A model generated the notes under the pieces. The model was not told the DNA's origin, did no database searches, and was given only the letters and a program-made list of their open reading frames with translations. From an uncultured Dokdonella sp. (lineage in GTDB: Bacteria > Pseudomonadota > Gammaproteobacteria > Xanthomonadales > Rhodanobacteraceae), in the NCBI GenBank assembly GCA_964587775.1, contig CAZPLY010000007.1:67621-131620 (forward strand): DNA of 64,000 bases. Direction: 5' to 3'. Made by a program: the position numbers and the translations under genes. Shown here in pieces: positions 39,861-51,202 of this stretch; the first letter of the stretch is position 1; every line of letters starts with the position of its first letter.

Positions 39861-42533
39861 ATGAAAACCAGCGCCGAAATCCGCTCCGACTTCCTCGAAT
39901 TCTTCCGCTCGAAGGGCCACGTGATCGTGCCTTCGAGCTCGCTCGTGCCTTCGAGCGACCCGACCCTGCTGTTCACGAATTCGGGCATGGTTCCGTTCAA
40001 GAACATGTTCCTCGGCAGCGAGAAGCCGCCGGGTCCGCGCGTGGCCGACGTGCAACGCTGCCTGCGCGCGGGCGGCAAGCACAACGACCTCGATTCGGTC
40101 GGGTACACGGCGCGCCACCACACGTTCTTCGAGATGCTCGGCAACTGGTCGTTCGGCGACTACTTCAAGCGCGACGCGATCCGCTGGGCGTGGGAGCTGC
40201 TGACCGAAGTCTGGAAGCTGCCGAAGGACCGCCTGCTCGTCACGGTCTACCACACCGATGACGAGGCCTACGCGATCTGGAACAACGAGGTCGGGATTCC
40301 GCCCGAACGCATCGTGCGCATCGGCGACAACAAGGGTGCGCCGTTCGCGTCGGACAATTTCTGGCAGATGGCCGATACCGGCCCGTGTGGCCCATGCACC
40401 GAAATCTTCTACGACCATGGCGCGCACATCGCGGGCGGCCCGCCGGGATCGCCCGACGAGGACGGCGACCGCTTCATCGAGATATGGAACCTCGTCTTCA
40501 TGCAGTTCGACCGTGCGGCCGACGGCACGCTGACGCCGCTGCCGGCACCGTGCGTCGATACCGGCATGGGCATGGAGCGGCTCGCCGCGGTGCTCCAGCA
40601 CGTCCACACCAACTACGAGATCGACCTTTTCCAGGCCCTGATCCGCACGGCATCGCAACTGACCGCGACGCCCGATCTCGAGAACAAGTCGCTGCGGGTC
40701 ATCGCCGACCATGTCCGCGCCTGCGCGTTCCTGATCGTCGACGGCGTCCTGCCTTCGAACGAGGGCCGCGGCTACGTGCTGCGGCGGATCATCCGGCGTG
40801 CCTTGCGGCACGGGTGGATGCTCGGCGTTCGCGGGGAATTCTTCTGGAAGATGGTCGCGCCGCTCGTTGCCGAGATGGGTGGGGCGTACCCGGAACTCGC
40901 GGCGAAGCAGGGCTTCGTCGAGTCGGCCCTGGCCAAGGAAGAACAGCGTTTTGCCGAGACGCTCGAGAACGGCATGAAGCTGCTCGAGTCGGCGCTCGCC
41001 GATGAATCGCATGTGGGCGGTGGGTCGACTTCGCGGACGGTTCCAGGGCAGATCGCGTTCACGCTGTACGACACCTACGGTTTTCCGGTTGACCTGACCG
41101 CCGACGTCGCCCGCGAGCGCGGCTGGTCGGTCGACATGGACGGATTCGAGAAGGCGATGAACGAGCAGCGCGAGCGCGCGCGGGCGGCGAGCAGCTTCGA
41201 GGCGAAAGGGCAGTTGCCCGCCGAAGTCGCGAGCAGCCTGCCGCCGACCGCCTTCACGGGTTACGAATCGACCGCCGACGATGCCGCGCGCGTGCTCGCG
41301 ATCGTCCGCGGTGGGCGCAAGCTTGTCGCGCTCGCCGACGGCGAGCCGGCGATCGTGTTGCTCGACCGCACGCCGTTCTATGCGGAATCGGGCGGGCAGG
41401 TCGGTGATGTCGGCGAACTCGCGCTTGCCGGCGGCCGCTTCGTCGTCACCGACACGATCAAGCTTGGCGGCGCTTTCCATGGCCATGTCGGGAATTGGCA
41501 GGGCGCCCAGCCGCTCGAAGTCGGCGCGACCGTCAGCGCGATCGTCGATGCGTCGCGGCGCGCTTCGATCGTGCTCAATCATTCGGCAACGCACCTGCTG
41601 CACGCTGCATTGCGCAAGGTCCTCGGCGATCACGTCACCCAGAAAGGATCGCTCGTCGCGCCCGATCGGCTGCGCTTCGACTTCTCGCATTTCCAGCCGG
41701 TCGGCGCCGATGCGTTGCGCACGATCGAGACCCTCGTCAACAGCGAGATCCGGCGCAACTCGGCCGCCGACATCCGCAACATGGCCTACGATGCCGCGAT
41801 CGAGGCCGGCGCGATGGCCCTGTTCGGCGAGAAGTACGGCGACGAGGTGCGCGTGTTGCGGATGGGCGATTTCTCGACCGAGCTCTGCGGTGGCACGCAT
41901 GTCGCGCGTACCGGCGACATTGGACTGTTCAAGATCATCGGCGAGAGTGGCGTGGCAGCCGGCGTGCGCCGCATCGAAGCGGTCACCGGCGCCGCGGCGA
42001 TCGCATTCGTCGCCGAAGAGGAAGCGCGCCTCGACGAGATCGGCGACCTGCTTTCTGCGAGCGGCGTCGAGGTTGTCGACCGCCTTCGCCAGATTCTCGA
42101 TCGGCAGAAGTCGATCGAGCGCGAGCTCGAGGCGTTCAAGGCACGCGCGGCCAGTGCGGCGACGTCGAATCTTGTCGCCGACGCGGTCGATGTGGATGGA
42201 ATCAAGGTTGTCGCCGCACGCATCGACGGACTCGATGCCAAGGCCTTGCGCGACGGGGTCGATCTGCTCAAGCAGAAGCTCGTCGATTGCATCGTCGTGC
42301 TCGCCTCGGGCGCGGACGGCAAGATCGCCCTCGTCGGCGGCGTCGGAGGCAGTGCGCTCGGTCGAATCAAGGCCGGCGATGTCGTCGCCCACGTCGCGCG
42401 CGCGATCGATGGCAAGGGCGGCGGTCGCCCGGACATGGCGCAGGGCGGTGGCAGCGACACGCCTGCGCTCGCCGCCGCGCTCGGCGGCCTGCCGGCCTGG
42501 ATCGGCAACGCGATCGGCGCCCGATCGCTCTGA
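39861..42533 (+). CDS. alaS: Alanine--tRNA ligase
   Basis: 890 aa. [38 protein letters not shown], the [17 protein letters not shown] block, the editing-domain HxxxH motif and a C-terminal DHHA1-like domain. Confidence 0.97.
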   Translation: MKTSAEIRSDFLEFFRSKGHVIVPSSSLVPSSDPTLLFTNSGMVPFKNMFLGSEKPPGPRVADVQRCLRAGGKHNDLDSVGYTARHHTFFEMLGNWSFGDYFKRDAIRWAWELLTEVWKLPKDRLLVTVYHTDDEAYAIWNNEVGIPPERIVRIGDNKGAPFASDNFWQMADTGPCGPCTEIFYDHGAHIAGGPPGSPDEDGDRFIEIWNLVFMQFDRAADGTLTPLPAPCVDTGMGMERLAAVLQHVHTNYEIDLFQALIRTASQLTATPDLENKSLRVIADHVRACAFLIVDGVLPSNEGRGYVLRRIIRRALRHGWMLGVRGEFFWKMVAPLVAEMGGAYPELAAKQGFVESALAKEEQRFAETLENGMKLLESALADESHVGGGSTSRTVPGQIAFTLYDTYGFPVDLTADVARERGWSVDMDGFEKAMNEQRERARAASSFEAKGQLPAEVASSLPPTAFTGYESTADDAARVLAIVRGGRKLVALADGEPAIVLLDRTPFYAESGGQVGDVGELALAGGRFVVTDTIKLGGAFHGHVGNWQGAQPLEVGATVSAIVDASRRASIVLNHSATHLLHAALRKVLGDHVTQKGSLVAPDRLRFDFSHFQPVGADALRTIETLVNSEIRRNSAADIRNMAYDAAIEAGAMALFGEKYGDEVRVLRMGDFSTELCGGTHVARTGDIGLFKIIGESGVAAGVRRIEAVTGAAAIAFVAEEEARLDEIGDLLSASGVEVVDRLRQILDRQKSIERELEAFKARAASAATSNLVADAVDVDGIKVVAARIDGLDAKALRDGVDLLKQKLVDCIVVLASGADGKIALVGGVGGSALGRIKAGDVVAHVARAIDGKGGGRPDMAQGGGSDTPALAAALGGLPAWIGNAIGARSL

Positions 42534-42854
42534 AATTTACTCCGAATTTACATGCCTGAACGTCGTTTGCGGGCTGAAACCGCGCGGCGACGCCGTTTGT
42601 TGGAAATTGTGTCGTTGCGCCTTTCGGACGGCATGCCTTAGTATCCCGAGCGGTTGGCAGCACATTGAAATCGTCCGCGGGGCGCGGGCGATTAGATGGG
42701 TTGCGAACCAAGGCTTCGAAATTGGGGAACGGGCCGCGGGATCAGCTAGGGAGGCTGGTCCCGGTCCCCGGATATGACGCCGTTGTGCGCGAAGGACTCC
42801 GCGTGAAGGGCCGATTTGCCGGATCGACGACAGAAATTCCAAGGAGTAATCAAC

Positions 42855-43058
42855 ATGCTGATTTTGACCCGCCGCGTCGGAGAGACACTGATGATCGGCG
42901 ACGAGGTAACCGTGACCGTGCTCGGCGTCAAAGGCAACCAGGTGCGCATCGGCATCAATGCACCGAAAGACGTGGCCGTACACCGTGAAGAAATCTACCA
43001 GCGCATCAAGCGGGAGCAGCACCCGGATGAGGAGTCGCCGCCGACGGCCGAACCCTGA
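42855..43058 (+). CDS. csrA: Carbon storage regulator CsrA/RsmA
   Basis: [57 protein letters not shown] Shine-Dalgarno 8 nt upstream. Conserved alaS-csrA-tRNA-Ser order. Confidence 0.95.
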   Translation: MLILTRRVGETLMIGDEVTVTVLGVKGNQVRIGINAPKDVAVHREEIYQRIKREQHPDEESPPTAEP

Positions 43059-43140
43059 ACTTTACCGTGCCGGCTGCGACGGGTATCCTTCGCGGATTGC
43101 CACCCGGCCGAACCGGCCGCGCGGCGCCAGCGTTGCATGT

Positions 43141-43233
43141 GGAGAGATGGCCGAGTGGTCGAAGGCGCGCCCCTGCTAAGGGTGTATAGGGTCAAAAGCT
43201 CTATCGAGGGTTCGAATCCCTCTCTCTCCGCCA
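43141..43233 (+). tRNA. tRNA-Ser (anticodon GCU)
   Basis: GGAGAGA acceptor paired with TCTCTCC, then G-CCA. Anticodon stem CGCCC/GGGTG with loop CTGCTAA. Long variable arm. T-arm GAGGG-TTCGAAT-CCCTC. 93 nt with encoded CCA. Confidence 0.95.
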
Positions 43234-43242
43234 GACCAAAAA

Positions 43243-43772
43243 ACAGCCCCGCAAGGGGCTATTTTTTTGTCTGGCGAAGAGATGAGGTGTGGACGAACCC
43301 TCTGGTGACTCAGGCCGATCCCGGCCTTCGCCCTTCGGGCCATCGCCTGCGGCGATATTCGCTTCGGCATCCTGCCTGCGCAGTCGACAAATTCGGCTGG
43401 AACGAATTTGGACAGCCGAAGGCTGGCCCGCAGCGCGCAGCGCGGAGGGTGAGGCTCATGGATGAGCCGAACATATCCCTCTGCATGTGGCCATGACCTC
43501 CAACGAAACAGCCCCGCAAGGGGCTTTTTCTTGTCTGGCGGAGAGAGGGGTGTGGACGAACCCTCCGGTGACTCAGGCCGATCCCGGCCTTTGCCCTTCG
43601 GGCCATCGCCTGCGGCGATGTTCGCTTCGGCATCCTGCCTGCGCAGTCGACAAATCCGTCCGGAACGAATCTGGACAGCCGAAGGCTGGCCCGCAGCGCG
43701 CAGCGGAGGGTGAGGCTCATGGATGAGCCGAGCATATCCCTCTGCACGCGACCACACGCTTCAACGAGGCGC
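43243..43772. repeat. Tandem direct repeat, 2 units of ~265 bp, roughly 90% identical by eye
   Basis: Unit 1 is 43243-43507 and unit 2 is 43508 to about 43772. Both start ACAGCCCCGCAAGGGGCT + T-run + GTCTGGCG[A/G]AGAG and share several identical hairpins. Similarity decays after about 43748. Confidence 0.8.
43245..43268. terminator. Bidirectional Rho-independent terminator after tRNA-Ser
   Basis: AGCCCC-GCAA-GGGGCT hairpin flanked by AAAAAA upstream and ATTTTTTT downstream. Confidence 0.7.
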
Positions 43773-43835
43773 ACCCGGAAGCGGCCTTGTTCGCATCCGG
43801 CGCAGCGATCGCCGCACGCCGCGTCGCCGTGACCC

Positions 43836-44159
43836 TCAATCCGTCGGTGTGACGAGCTTGAGCCCGACCACGCCGGCAACGATCAAGGCAATGCAGAGCA
43901 GGCGGGCGGCCGAGGCGCTTTCACCGAGGAAGCCGATGCCGAGCACGGTAGTCCCGATGACGCCGATGCCGGTCCAGATCGCATAGGCGGTGCCGAGTGG
44001 CAGGCTGCGCATCGCGAGGCCGAGCAGGACGAGACTCGCGACCATTGCAGCGACGGTCACGGTGCTGACCCACGGCCGCGTGAAGCCCTGCGAATACTTG
44101 AGGCCGATCGCCCAGGCGATTTCAAGCAGGCCGGCGACCGCGAGATAGAACCATGCCAT
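43836..44159 (-). CDS. sugE: SMR-family guanidinium/quaternary-cation exporter SugE (Gdx)
   Basis: [26 protein letters not shown]...[14 protein letters not shown]...GE...[15 protein letters not shown] is collinear with E. coli SugE. The ATG at 44159 has GAGGA 8 nt upstream; the ATG at 44165 is too close to the SD. The rest of track ORF 43836..45497 is noise. Confidence 0.9.
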   Translation of the reverse strand: MAWFYLAVAGLLEIAWAIGLKYSQGFTRPWVSTVTVAAMVASLVLLGLAMRSLPLGTAYAIWTGIGVIGTTVLGIGFLGESASAARLLCIALIVAGVVGLKLVTPTD

Positions 44160-44174
44160 CGGCATCTTCCTCGC

Positions 44175-44221
44175 GCCGGGTCGTCCCGGCCAGGCATGGG
44201 ACCCGCGCGGACGTCCACGCG
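44175..44221 (-). promoter_or_regulatory. Candidate guanidine-II (mini-ykkC) riboswitch
   Basis: On the minus strand: hairpin 1 CGCGUGG-ACGU-CCGCGCG, a 13-nt linker, then hairpin 2 GCCGGG-ACGA-CCCGGC, followed directly by GCGAGGAAG (SD) and the sugE ATG. This is the two-ACGR-tetraloop architecture. Loop 1 ends in U instead of R. Confidence 0.5.
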
Positions 44222-44259
44222 GCGCCGGCGCATCGCGACGGCGTGTCCAGTCTAGCAAG

Positions 44260-45936
44260 TCAGTCGCTGGCCTGAGCCCGCTGCAACATCTGTCCGGCGT
44301 GGGCAAGCGTCTCGCGCGTGATCTCGATGCCGCCGAGCATGCGCGCAACTTCCGCCTTGCGTTGCGATGCGTCGAGCGTATCGATGCGCGTGTGCGTGCT
44401 GTCGCCATCGTTCGACTTGCTCGCGAGCAGATGCGCATGACCTTGCACGGCGACCTGGGGCAGGTGGGTGACGCAAAGCACCTGGCGCTGGCTGCCGAGC
44501 CTGCGCAGTTTTTGCCCGACCACTTCGGCGACGGCGCCGCCGATACCCGAATCGACTTCATCGAAGACCATCGTGCCGACATCGTCGAGCCCGAGCGCGG
44601 CGACTTCGATCGCGAGGCTGATTCGCGAGAGCTCCCCACCTGAGGCCACCTTGCGCAACGCGCGTGGTGGTTGCCCCGGATTCGCGCTGACGAGGAATTC
44701 ACAGCGTTCGGCGCCTTGCGCATCGGGTTCGCCGCCGGCAACCGCTTCGAGTTCGACCTCGAAGCGACCGCGACCCATGCCGAGTTCACCGAGCATGGCA
44801 GCGACCGCCTCGCCGAGGCGCGTGGCCGCCGCGCGGCGCGCGCGCGACAGTTCCGAGGCTGCCTCCGCATGGTCGCGTACGAGCTGATCGCGTTCGCGCT
44901 GCAGGGCGACGAGCCGCGTACCGGCGGCACGCAGGTTCTCGAGTTCGCCGCGCAGGGCGTCGGCATGCGCTTTAAGGTCGGCCATCGGCAGGCGGTGCTT
45001 GCGCGCAAGTTCGTGCAGCTTGCCGAGCTGGGCATCGATCTCGTCGAGACGCTCGGGGTCGAGGTCAAGTGCGCCCTGGTAGCGTGCGAGCGAATCGCCC
45101 GCTTCATCGACCTGGATGCGCGCGGCTTCGAGGAGTTCGCCGAGGGCGGCGAGTTTCGGGTCGAGCCCGCCGAGCCGCGTGCTTTCGGCCTGCGCGCGCG
45201 CGAGCACGCGGGTGACCGAGAATTCGCCTTCGCCATCGAGCAGTTCCGCGAGGCCAGCGCAGCCCTGGACGAGTTGGCCGGCATTGGCGAGACGCCGGTG
45301 CAGGTGTTCGAGTGCGTCGAGTTCGTCGGCACCGAGCGCATGCAGGTCGAGTTCGTCGACCTGGTGCTGCAGCCATTCGATCCGCTCGGCCTGGTTCTCG
45401 CCGTGCGGCAGCGCGTCGATCCGCGCCTTGACCTCGCGCCAGGCACGCGCGAGCGCGACGACGCGCGCGAGTTCGTCGTCATGGCGACCGAAGGCATCGA
45501 GCAAGGCGAGTTGCTGGCGACGGTCGAGCAGGGCCTGGTGCTCGTGCTGGCCGTGGATCTCGATGAGGCGCTCCCCGAGCGCCTTCATCTGGGCAAGCGA
45601 CACCGGCCGGCCGTTGATCCAGGCTCGCGAACTGCCTTCGCTGCGGATGACCCGGCGCAACTGGCACGAGGCCTCGTCGTCGAGTTCCTGTTCGCGCAGC
45701 CAGTCGCGCAGGTCCGCGCGCCCGGCGAGGTCGAATTCGGCCGACAACTCGGCCCGCTCGCTGCCATGGCGGACCATCGCCGCATCGGCCCGATTGCCGG
45801 TGAGCAGGAGCAATGCATCGACGAGCAGCGACTTGCCGGCGCCGGTCTCGCCGGTGACCACGGTCAGTCCCTGTCCGAGGGCGATTTCGGTCTCGCCGAC
45901 GACGGCGAAATCCTTGACGTAAAGCGAGCGGAGCAT
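44260..45936 (-). CDS. recN: DNA repair protein RecN
   Basis: ATG at 45936 ([36 protein letters not shown]), long coiled-coil middle, and C-terminal [12 protein letters not shown]...[12 protein letters not shown]. Confidence 0.93.
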   Translation of the reverse strand: MLRSLYVKDFAVVGETEIALGQGLTVVTGETGAGKSLLVDALLLLTGNRADAAMVRHGSERAELSAEFDLAGRADLRDWLREQELDDEASCQLRRVIRSEGSSRAWINGRPVSLAQMKALGERLIEIHGQHEHQALLDRRQQLALLDAFGRHDDELARVVALARAWREVKARIDALPHGENQAERIEWLQHQVDELDLHALGADELDALEHLHRRLANAGQLVQGCAGLAELLDGEGEFSVTRVLARAQAESTRLGGLDPKLAALGELLEAARIQVDEAGDSLARYQGALDLDPERLDEIDAQLGKLHELARKHRLPMADLKAHADALRGELENLRAAGTRLVALQRERDQLVRDHAEAASELSRARRAAATRLGEAVAAMLGELGMGRGRFEVELEAVAGGEPDAQGAERCEFLVSANPGQPPRALRKVASGGELSRISLAIEVAALGLDDVGTMVFDEVDSGIGGAVAEVVGQKLRRLGSQRQVLCVTHLPQVAVQGHAHLLASKSNDGDSTHTRIDTLDASQRKAEVARMLGGIEITRETLAHAGQMLQRAQASD

Positions 45937-46048
45937 GCGCACGTCCATGAAGGCGAGTGCGCAGTTTCGCGGTGCCCGTTGCCGGCCGCAAGCCTGCCGG
46001 CGTTGCGGCCGGCTCGCCGGGGCGAATGGCCGCGTGTATCCTGCGCCG

Positions 46049-47104
46049 ATGGCCAATTCCCACGTCGATTCGCTCGATCCGCGCTCGCGCAGCCTGCTGC
46101 GCTCGCTGATTGCGCGCTACATCGCCGAAGGCCAGCCGGTTGGCTCGCGCACGCTCGCGAAATCCTCGGGCCTCGACGTGAGTCCGGCAACGATCCGCAA
46201 CATCCTCGCCGACCTCGAGGACGCCGGCCTGATCGCCGCGCCGCACACCTCGGCCGGTCGCGTGCCGACCGCCCAGGGCTACCGCGTATTCGTCGACAGC
46301 CTGCTCGAGATGCGTCCGCTCGGCGAGCCACAGGTCGAGCAATTGCGTCGCGAGTTGCCGACCGCCGCGGCGACCCCGGCCCTGCTCGGCAGTGCGAGTA
46401 CCCTGCTGTCGGAGATGACCCGTTTCGTCGGCGTCGTCAGCGTGCCGCGCCACGACGAATTCCCGTTCCGCCACATCGATTTCGTCGCACTCGACGCGAA
46501 TCGGGTTCTCGTCATCCTCGTCTTCACGGACGGCCAGGTGCAGAACCGCGTCATCGAGACCCAGCACATCTATTCACCGGGCGAACTCGAGCAGACCGCG
46601 AACTTCCTCAACTCGCAGTACGCCGGCCTTCGCCTCGACGAGATCCGCGTGCGCCTGCTGCGGGAAATGCGTGACGAAGGCGCGCGCCTGAACCGCCTGC
46701 TCGCGAGTGCCGTCGAAGTGGCCCAGGCCGCGTTCCAGTCGCCGGCCGACAACGACATGCTCGTGGCCGGCCAGACCAACCTGATGGGCGTGCACGAGGC
46801 CGCCGATGTCGATCGACTACGCGAACTGTTCGACGCGTTCCAGCGCAAGCGCGACCTGCTGCAGCTGCTCGAGCGTTGTTCGCGTGCGGAAGGGGTGCGC
46901 CTGTTCATCGGCGAGGAGTCCGGGTTCGCCGCGCTGGACGGCTACTCGCTCGTGACCGCGCCTTACGGGGTCGGCTCGCGCGTGCTTGGCGTGCTCGGCG
47001 TGATTGGCCCGACACGCATGGCCTATGAGCGCGTCATTCCGGTCGTCGCGGCCACCGCGCAGCTCATTTCAGGCGCCTTGAACCGCACAGGCACGCCCCC
47101 ATAG
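46049..47104 (+). CDS. hrcA: Heat-inducible transcription repressor HrcA
   Basis: ATG at 46049. LDPRSRSLLRSLIARYIAEGQPVGSRTLA...SPATIRN.LADLE..GLI..PHTSAGRVPT is the HrcA winged-helix N-terminus. grpE-dnaK-dnaJ follow. Confidence 0.9.
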   Translation: MANSHVDSLDPRSRSLLRSLIARYIAEGQPVGSRTLAKSSGLDVSPATIRNILADLEDAGLIAAPHTSAGRVPTAQGYRVFVDSLLEMRPLGEPQVEQLRRELPTAAATPALLGSASTLLSEMTRFVGVVSVPRHDEFPFRHIDFVALDANRVLVILVFTDGQVQNRVIETQHIYSPGELEQTANFLNSQYAGLRLDEIRVRLLREMRDEGARLNRLLASAVEVAQAAFQSPADNDMLVAGQTNLMGVHEAADVDRLRELFDAFQRKRDLLQLLERCSRAEGVRLFIGEESGFAALDGYSLVTAPYGVGSRVLGVLGVIGPTRMAYERVIPVVAATAQLISGALNRTGTPP

Positions 47105-47224
47105 GGAAGGCGGAACCGCCGTTTCGGCAGTTCGCGTCGTCGCGCGGGGCGCGCTGGCGACCTTCGATGGAGTACCGCGGGAACGGCATTGCCCTGCCGG
47201 CCCGTCCACGGCTTTGGAGGCGAG

Positions 47225-47758
47225 ATGGAGAACACCAATCCGGTGCCGGATCCGAATGCGGATTCCGTCGCCGACGACGGCACGCTCGGCAGCAGCGACG
47301 AAGCGCTGAACCAGATGATCACCGAGTACGAAACCAAGCTCGGCGAGATGCGCGAGATCGTCCTGCGCGAGCGCGCCGAACTCGACAACCAGCGCAAGCG
47401 CATGCAGCGCGACCTCGAACAGGCGCGCCGGTTCGCCAACGAGCGCCTGCTTTCCGACCTGCTGCCCGTGCTCGACAACCTGCAGCGTGGCCTCGCCGCC
47501 GACAGCGCCGAATCGGCCCTGCGCGCCGGTGTCGAGTTGACCCTCAAGGAGTTCCTGCGCGTCGCCGGCAGCCACGGGCTCGTCGTCGTCGATCCGCTCG
47601 GCGCGCCGTTCGACCCCGAGCGCCACCAGGCGATGGCGATGATCGAGACGGCCGAGCACGCACCGGAAACCGTCGTCGTCGTCCTGCAGAAGGGCTATGT
47701 ACTGAACGATCGCCTGTTGCGACCGGCCCTCGTCAACGTCGCCCAGGCACCGGCCTGA
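47225..47758 (+). CDS. grpE: Nucleotide exchange factor GrpE
   Basis: ATG at 47225 with GGAGG upstream. Coiled-coil region RERAELDNQRKRMQRDLEQARRFA..RLL.DLLPVLDNL and C-terminal FDP..HQA.......VV.V.QKGY.L.DR.LRPA.V. Confidence 0.92.
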   Translation: MENTNPVPDPNADSVADDGTLGSSDEALNQMITEYETKLGEMREIVLRERAELDNQRKRMQRDLEQARRFANERLLSDLLPVLDNLQRGLAADSAESALRAGVELTLKEFLRVAGSHGLVVVDPLGAPFDPERHQAMAMIETAEHAPETVVVVLQKGYVLNDRLLRPALVNVAQAPA

Positions 47759-47792
47759 GGCGGCACGGCGGCCCCGGCGATGCGTGCGGGCG

Positions 47793-47820
47793 CTTGAAAG
47801 CCGCAGGCAAACCCCCAGTT
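47793..47820 (+). promoter_or_regulatory. Candidate sigma-32 heat-shock promoter upstream of dnaK
   Basis: CTTGAAA (47793-47799), a 13-nt spacer, then CCCCAGTT (47813-47820), against the consensus CTTGAAA-N13-14-CCCCATNT. Located about 50 nt upstream of the dnaK ATG. Confidence 0.5.
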
Positions 47821-47869
47821 TTGCGCCAGTGGTCCACGTGACCAGAAATTTTTCCGGGAGAGCACTCAA

Positions 47870-49780
<1,911 letters not shown>

Positions 49781-49922
49781 GCCGGCAGCGGGCGGCGTCG
49801 CGAGACGCGCGCCCGCCTGATCGAGGCCGGCGACGTCGCATCGATGTTGCCGGCCGCTGTTGCCGCCGGTCGTGCGCGAGCCCGACCGGTTTTCCTTTCC
49901 GAACCCCGAGCCCGGCTGGACG

Positions 49923-51050
49923 ATGAGCAAACGCTGCTACTACGAAGTGCTCGGTGCCGAACGCACCGCGAGCGCGGACGACCTCAAGAAGTCGTTCCGG
50001 CGCCTGGCGATGAAGTTCCACCCGGATCGCTGTCCGGACGATCCGTCCGCGCAGGAACGCTTCAAGGAGGCGAAGGAGGCCTACGAGGTCCTCGCCGACG
50101 ACCACAAGCGTGCGGCCTACGACCGCCACGGGCATTCCGCGTTCGAGAACGGCATGGGTGGCCACGGCGGTGGCTTCAACGGCGACGTCAGCGACATCTT
50201 CGGCGACATCTTCAGCGACATCTTCGGCATGGGTGGCGCGCGCGGCGGCCGTGCGCGCCGTGGCTCCGACCTGCGCTACATGCTCGAGCTCGATCTCGAG
50301 GAAGCCGTGTTCGGCATCGACCGCCAGATCGAGGTGCCGACCCTGGTCGCCTGCACGGGGTGCGAGGGCAGCGGCTCCGAAGACGGCAAGACGTCCTCGT
50401 GCACGACCTGCCGCGGGCATGGCCGCGTGCGCATGCAGAACGGCATCTTCTCGGTGCAGCAAACCTGTCCGCATTGTGCCGGCAGCGGCAAGGTCGTGGC
50501 CAATCCGTGCAAGACCTGCCGCGGCGAAGGCCGCATCCATGACGAGCGCACCCTCCAGGTCAAGATTCCGGCCGGCGTCGACAATGGTGACCGCATCCGC
50601 CTGACCGGGCAGGGCGAGGCCGGACCCGCCGGTACCGTGCCGGGCGATCTCTACGTCGAGGTGCGTGTGCGCGAGCACGCGATCTTCACGCGCGAAGGCG
50701 ACGACCTGTTCTGTGAAGTCCCGATCCGGTTCGCCCAGGCGACCTTCGGCACCGAGTTGCCCGTGCCGACGCTCGGCGGCGAGGCCTCGCTCGCGATCCC
50801 GCCCGAAACGCAGACCGGCAAGCTGTTCCGCCTGCGCGGCAAGGGCGTCAAGTCGGTGCGCAGCGGACACACGGGTGACCTGATCTGTCGCGTCGTCGTC
50901 GAGACGCCGGTCAAGCTGACCGCGCGCCAGCGCGAGCTGCTCGAGGAGTTCGAGTCGACCTTCGCCGGGGAGGAGGCGCAGGCCCATTCGCCGCGCAATC
51001 GCTCGTGGTTCGACGGCGTGCGCCAGTTCTGGGATCGCGTCACGTCCTGA
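49923..51050 (+). CDS. dnaJ: Molecular chaperone DnaJ
   Basis: ATG at 49923. J-domain [30 protein letters not shown], a G/F-rich region, and four CxxCxGxG zinc-finger repeats. Confidence 0.95.
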   Translation: MSKRCYYEVLGAERTASADDLKKSFRRLAMKFHPDRCPDDPSAQERFKEAKEAYEVLADDHKRAAYDRHGHSAFENGMGGHGGGFNGDVSDIFGDIFSDIFGMGGARGGRARRGSDLRYMLELDLEEAVFGIDRQIEVPTLVACTGCEGSGSEDGKTSSCTTCRGHGRVRMQNGIFSVQQTCPHCAGSGKVVANPCKTCRGEGRIHDERTLQVKIPAGVDNGDRIRLTGQGEAGPAGTVPGDLYVEVRVREHAIFTREGDDLFCEVPIRFAQATFGTELPVPTLGGEASLAIPPETQTGKLFRLRGKGVKSVRSGHTGDLICRVVVETPVKLTARQRELLEEFESTFAGEEAQAHSPRNRSWFDGVRQFWDRVTS

Positions 51051-51202
51051 TCCGGCGCCTGGCCTGCGGGCGCCCGGCCCGCATCGACCGGTTGCCCGCG
51101 CTTGCAGCCGGCCGCGCGAGCCATGATGCTGCAAGCCGCGGCCGGACCGCGCGTCCACACCCGCGGGCGAACACTGCCGGCCCGGCAATCACGAGGCAAA
51201 AC

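Noticed and set aside
43243-43772. Tandem repeat units as classical multi-GGA Csr/Rsm sponge sRNAs, or as an intron-containing tRNA-Ser on the minus strand
   Set aside because: About 5 GGA per 265 nt is roughly what I would expect for this composition. No sequence able to pair with the TCTCTCC acceptor strand (a GGAGAGA 5' half) exists upstream on the minus strand, so no split tRNA can be assembled. The repeat itself is kept as a finding.
43176-43879. Minus-strand ORFs 43176..43757 and 43310..43879 spanning the tandem repeat
   Set aside because: Their reading frames are generated by the repeat itself. The sequences are low-complexity, lack start context, and overlap the tRNA and terminators.
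44160-45497. N-terminal 440 aa of track ORF 43836..45497, and the 5' extensions of many track ORFs (for example 21392..22843, 53870..54400, 55585..55926, 58860..59150, 51005..51202)
   Set aside because: Only the 3' portions match known families, and each has a sensible internal start. The extensions overlap neighbouring real genes in another frame.
49781-49922. GC-rich hairpin (GCGGGCG...CGCCCGC) between dnaK and dnaJ as a terminator or attenuator
   Set aside because: No T-run follows. GC-rich inverted repeats are frequent in this sequence, so there is not enough evidence to call it.
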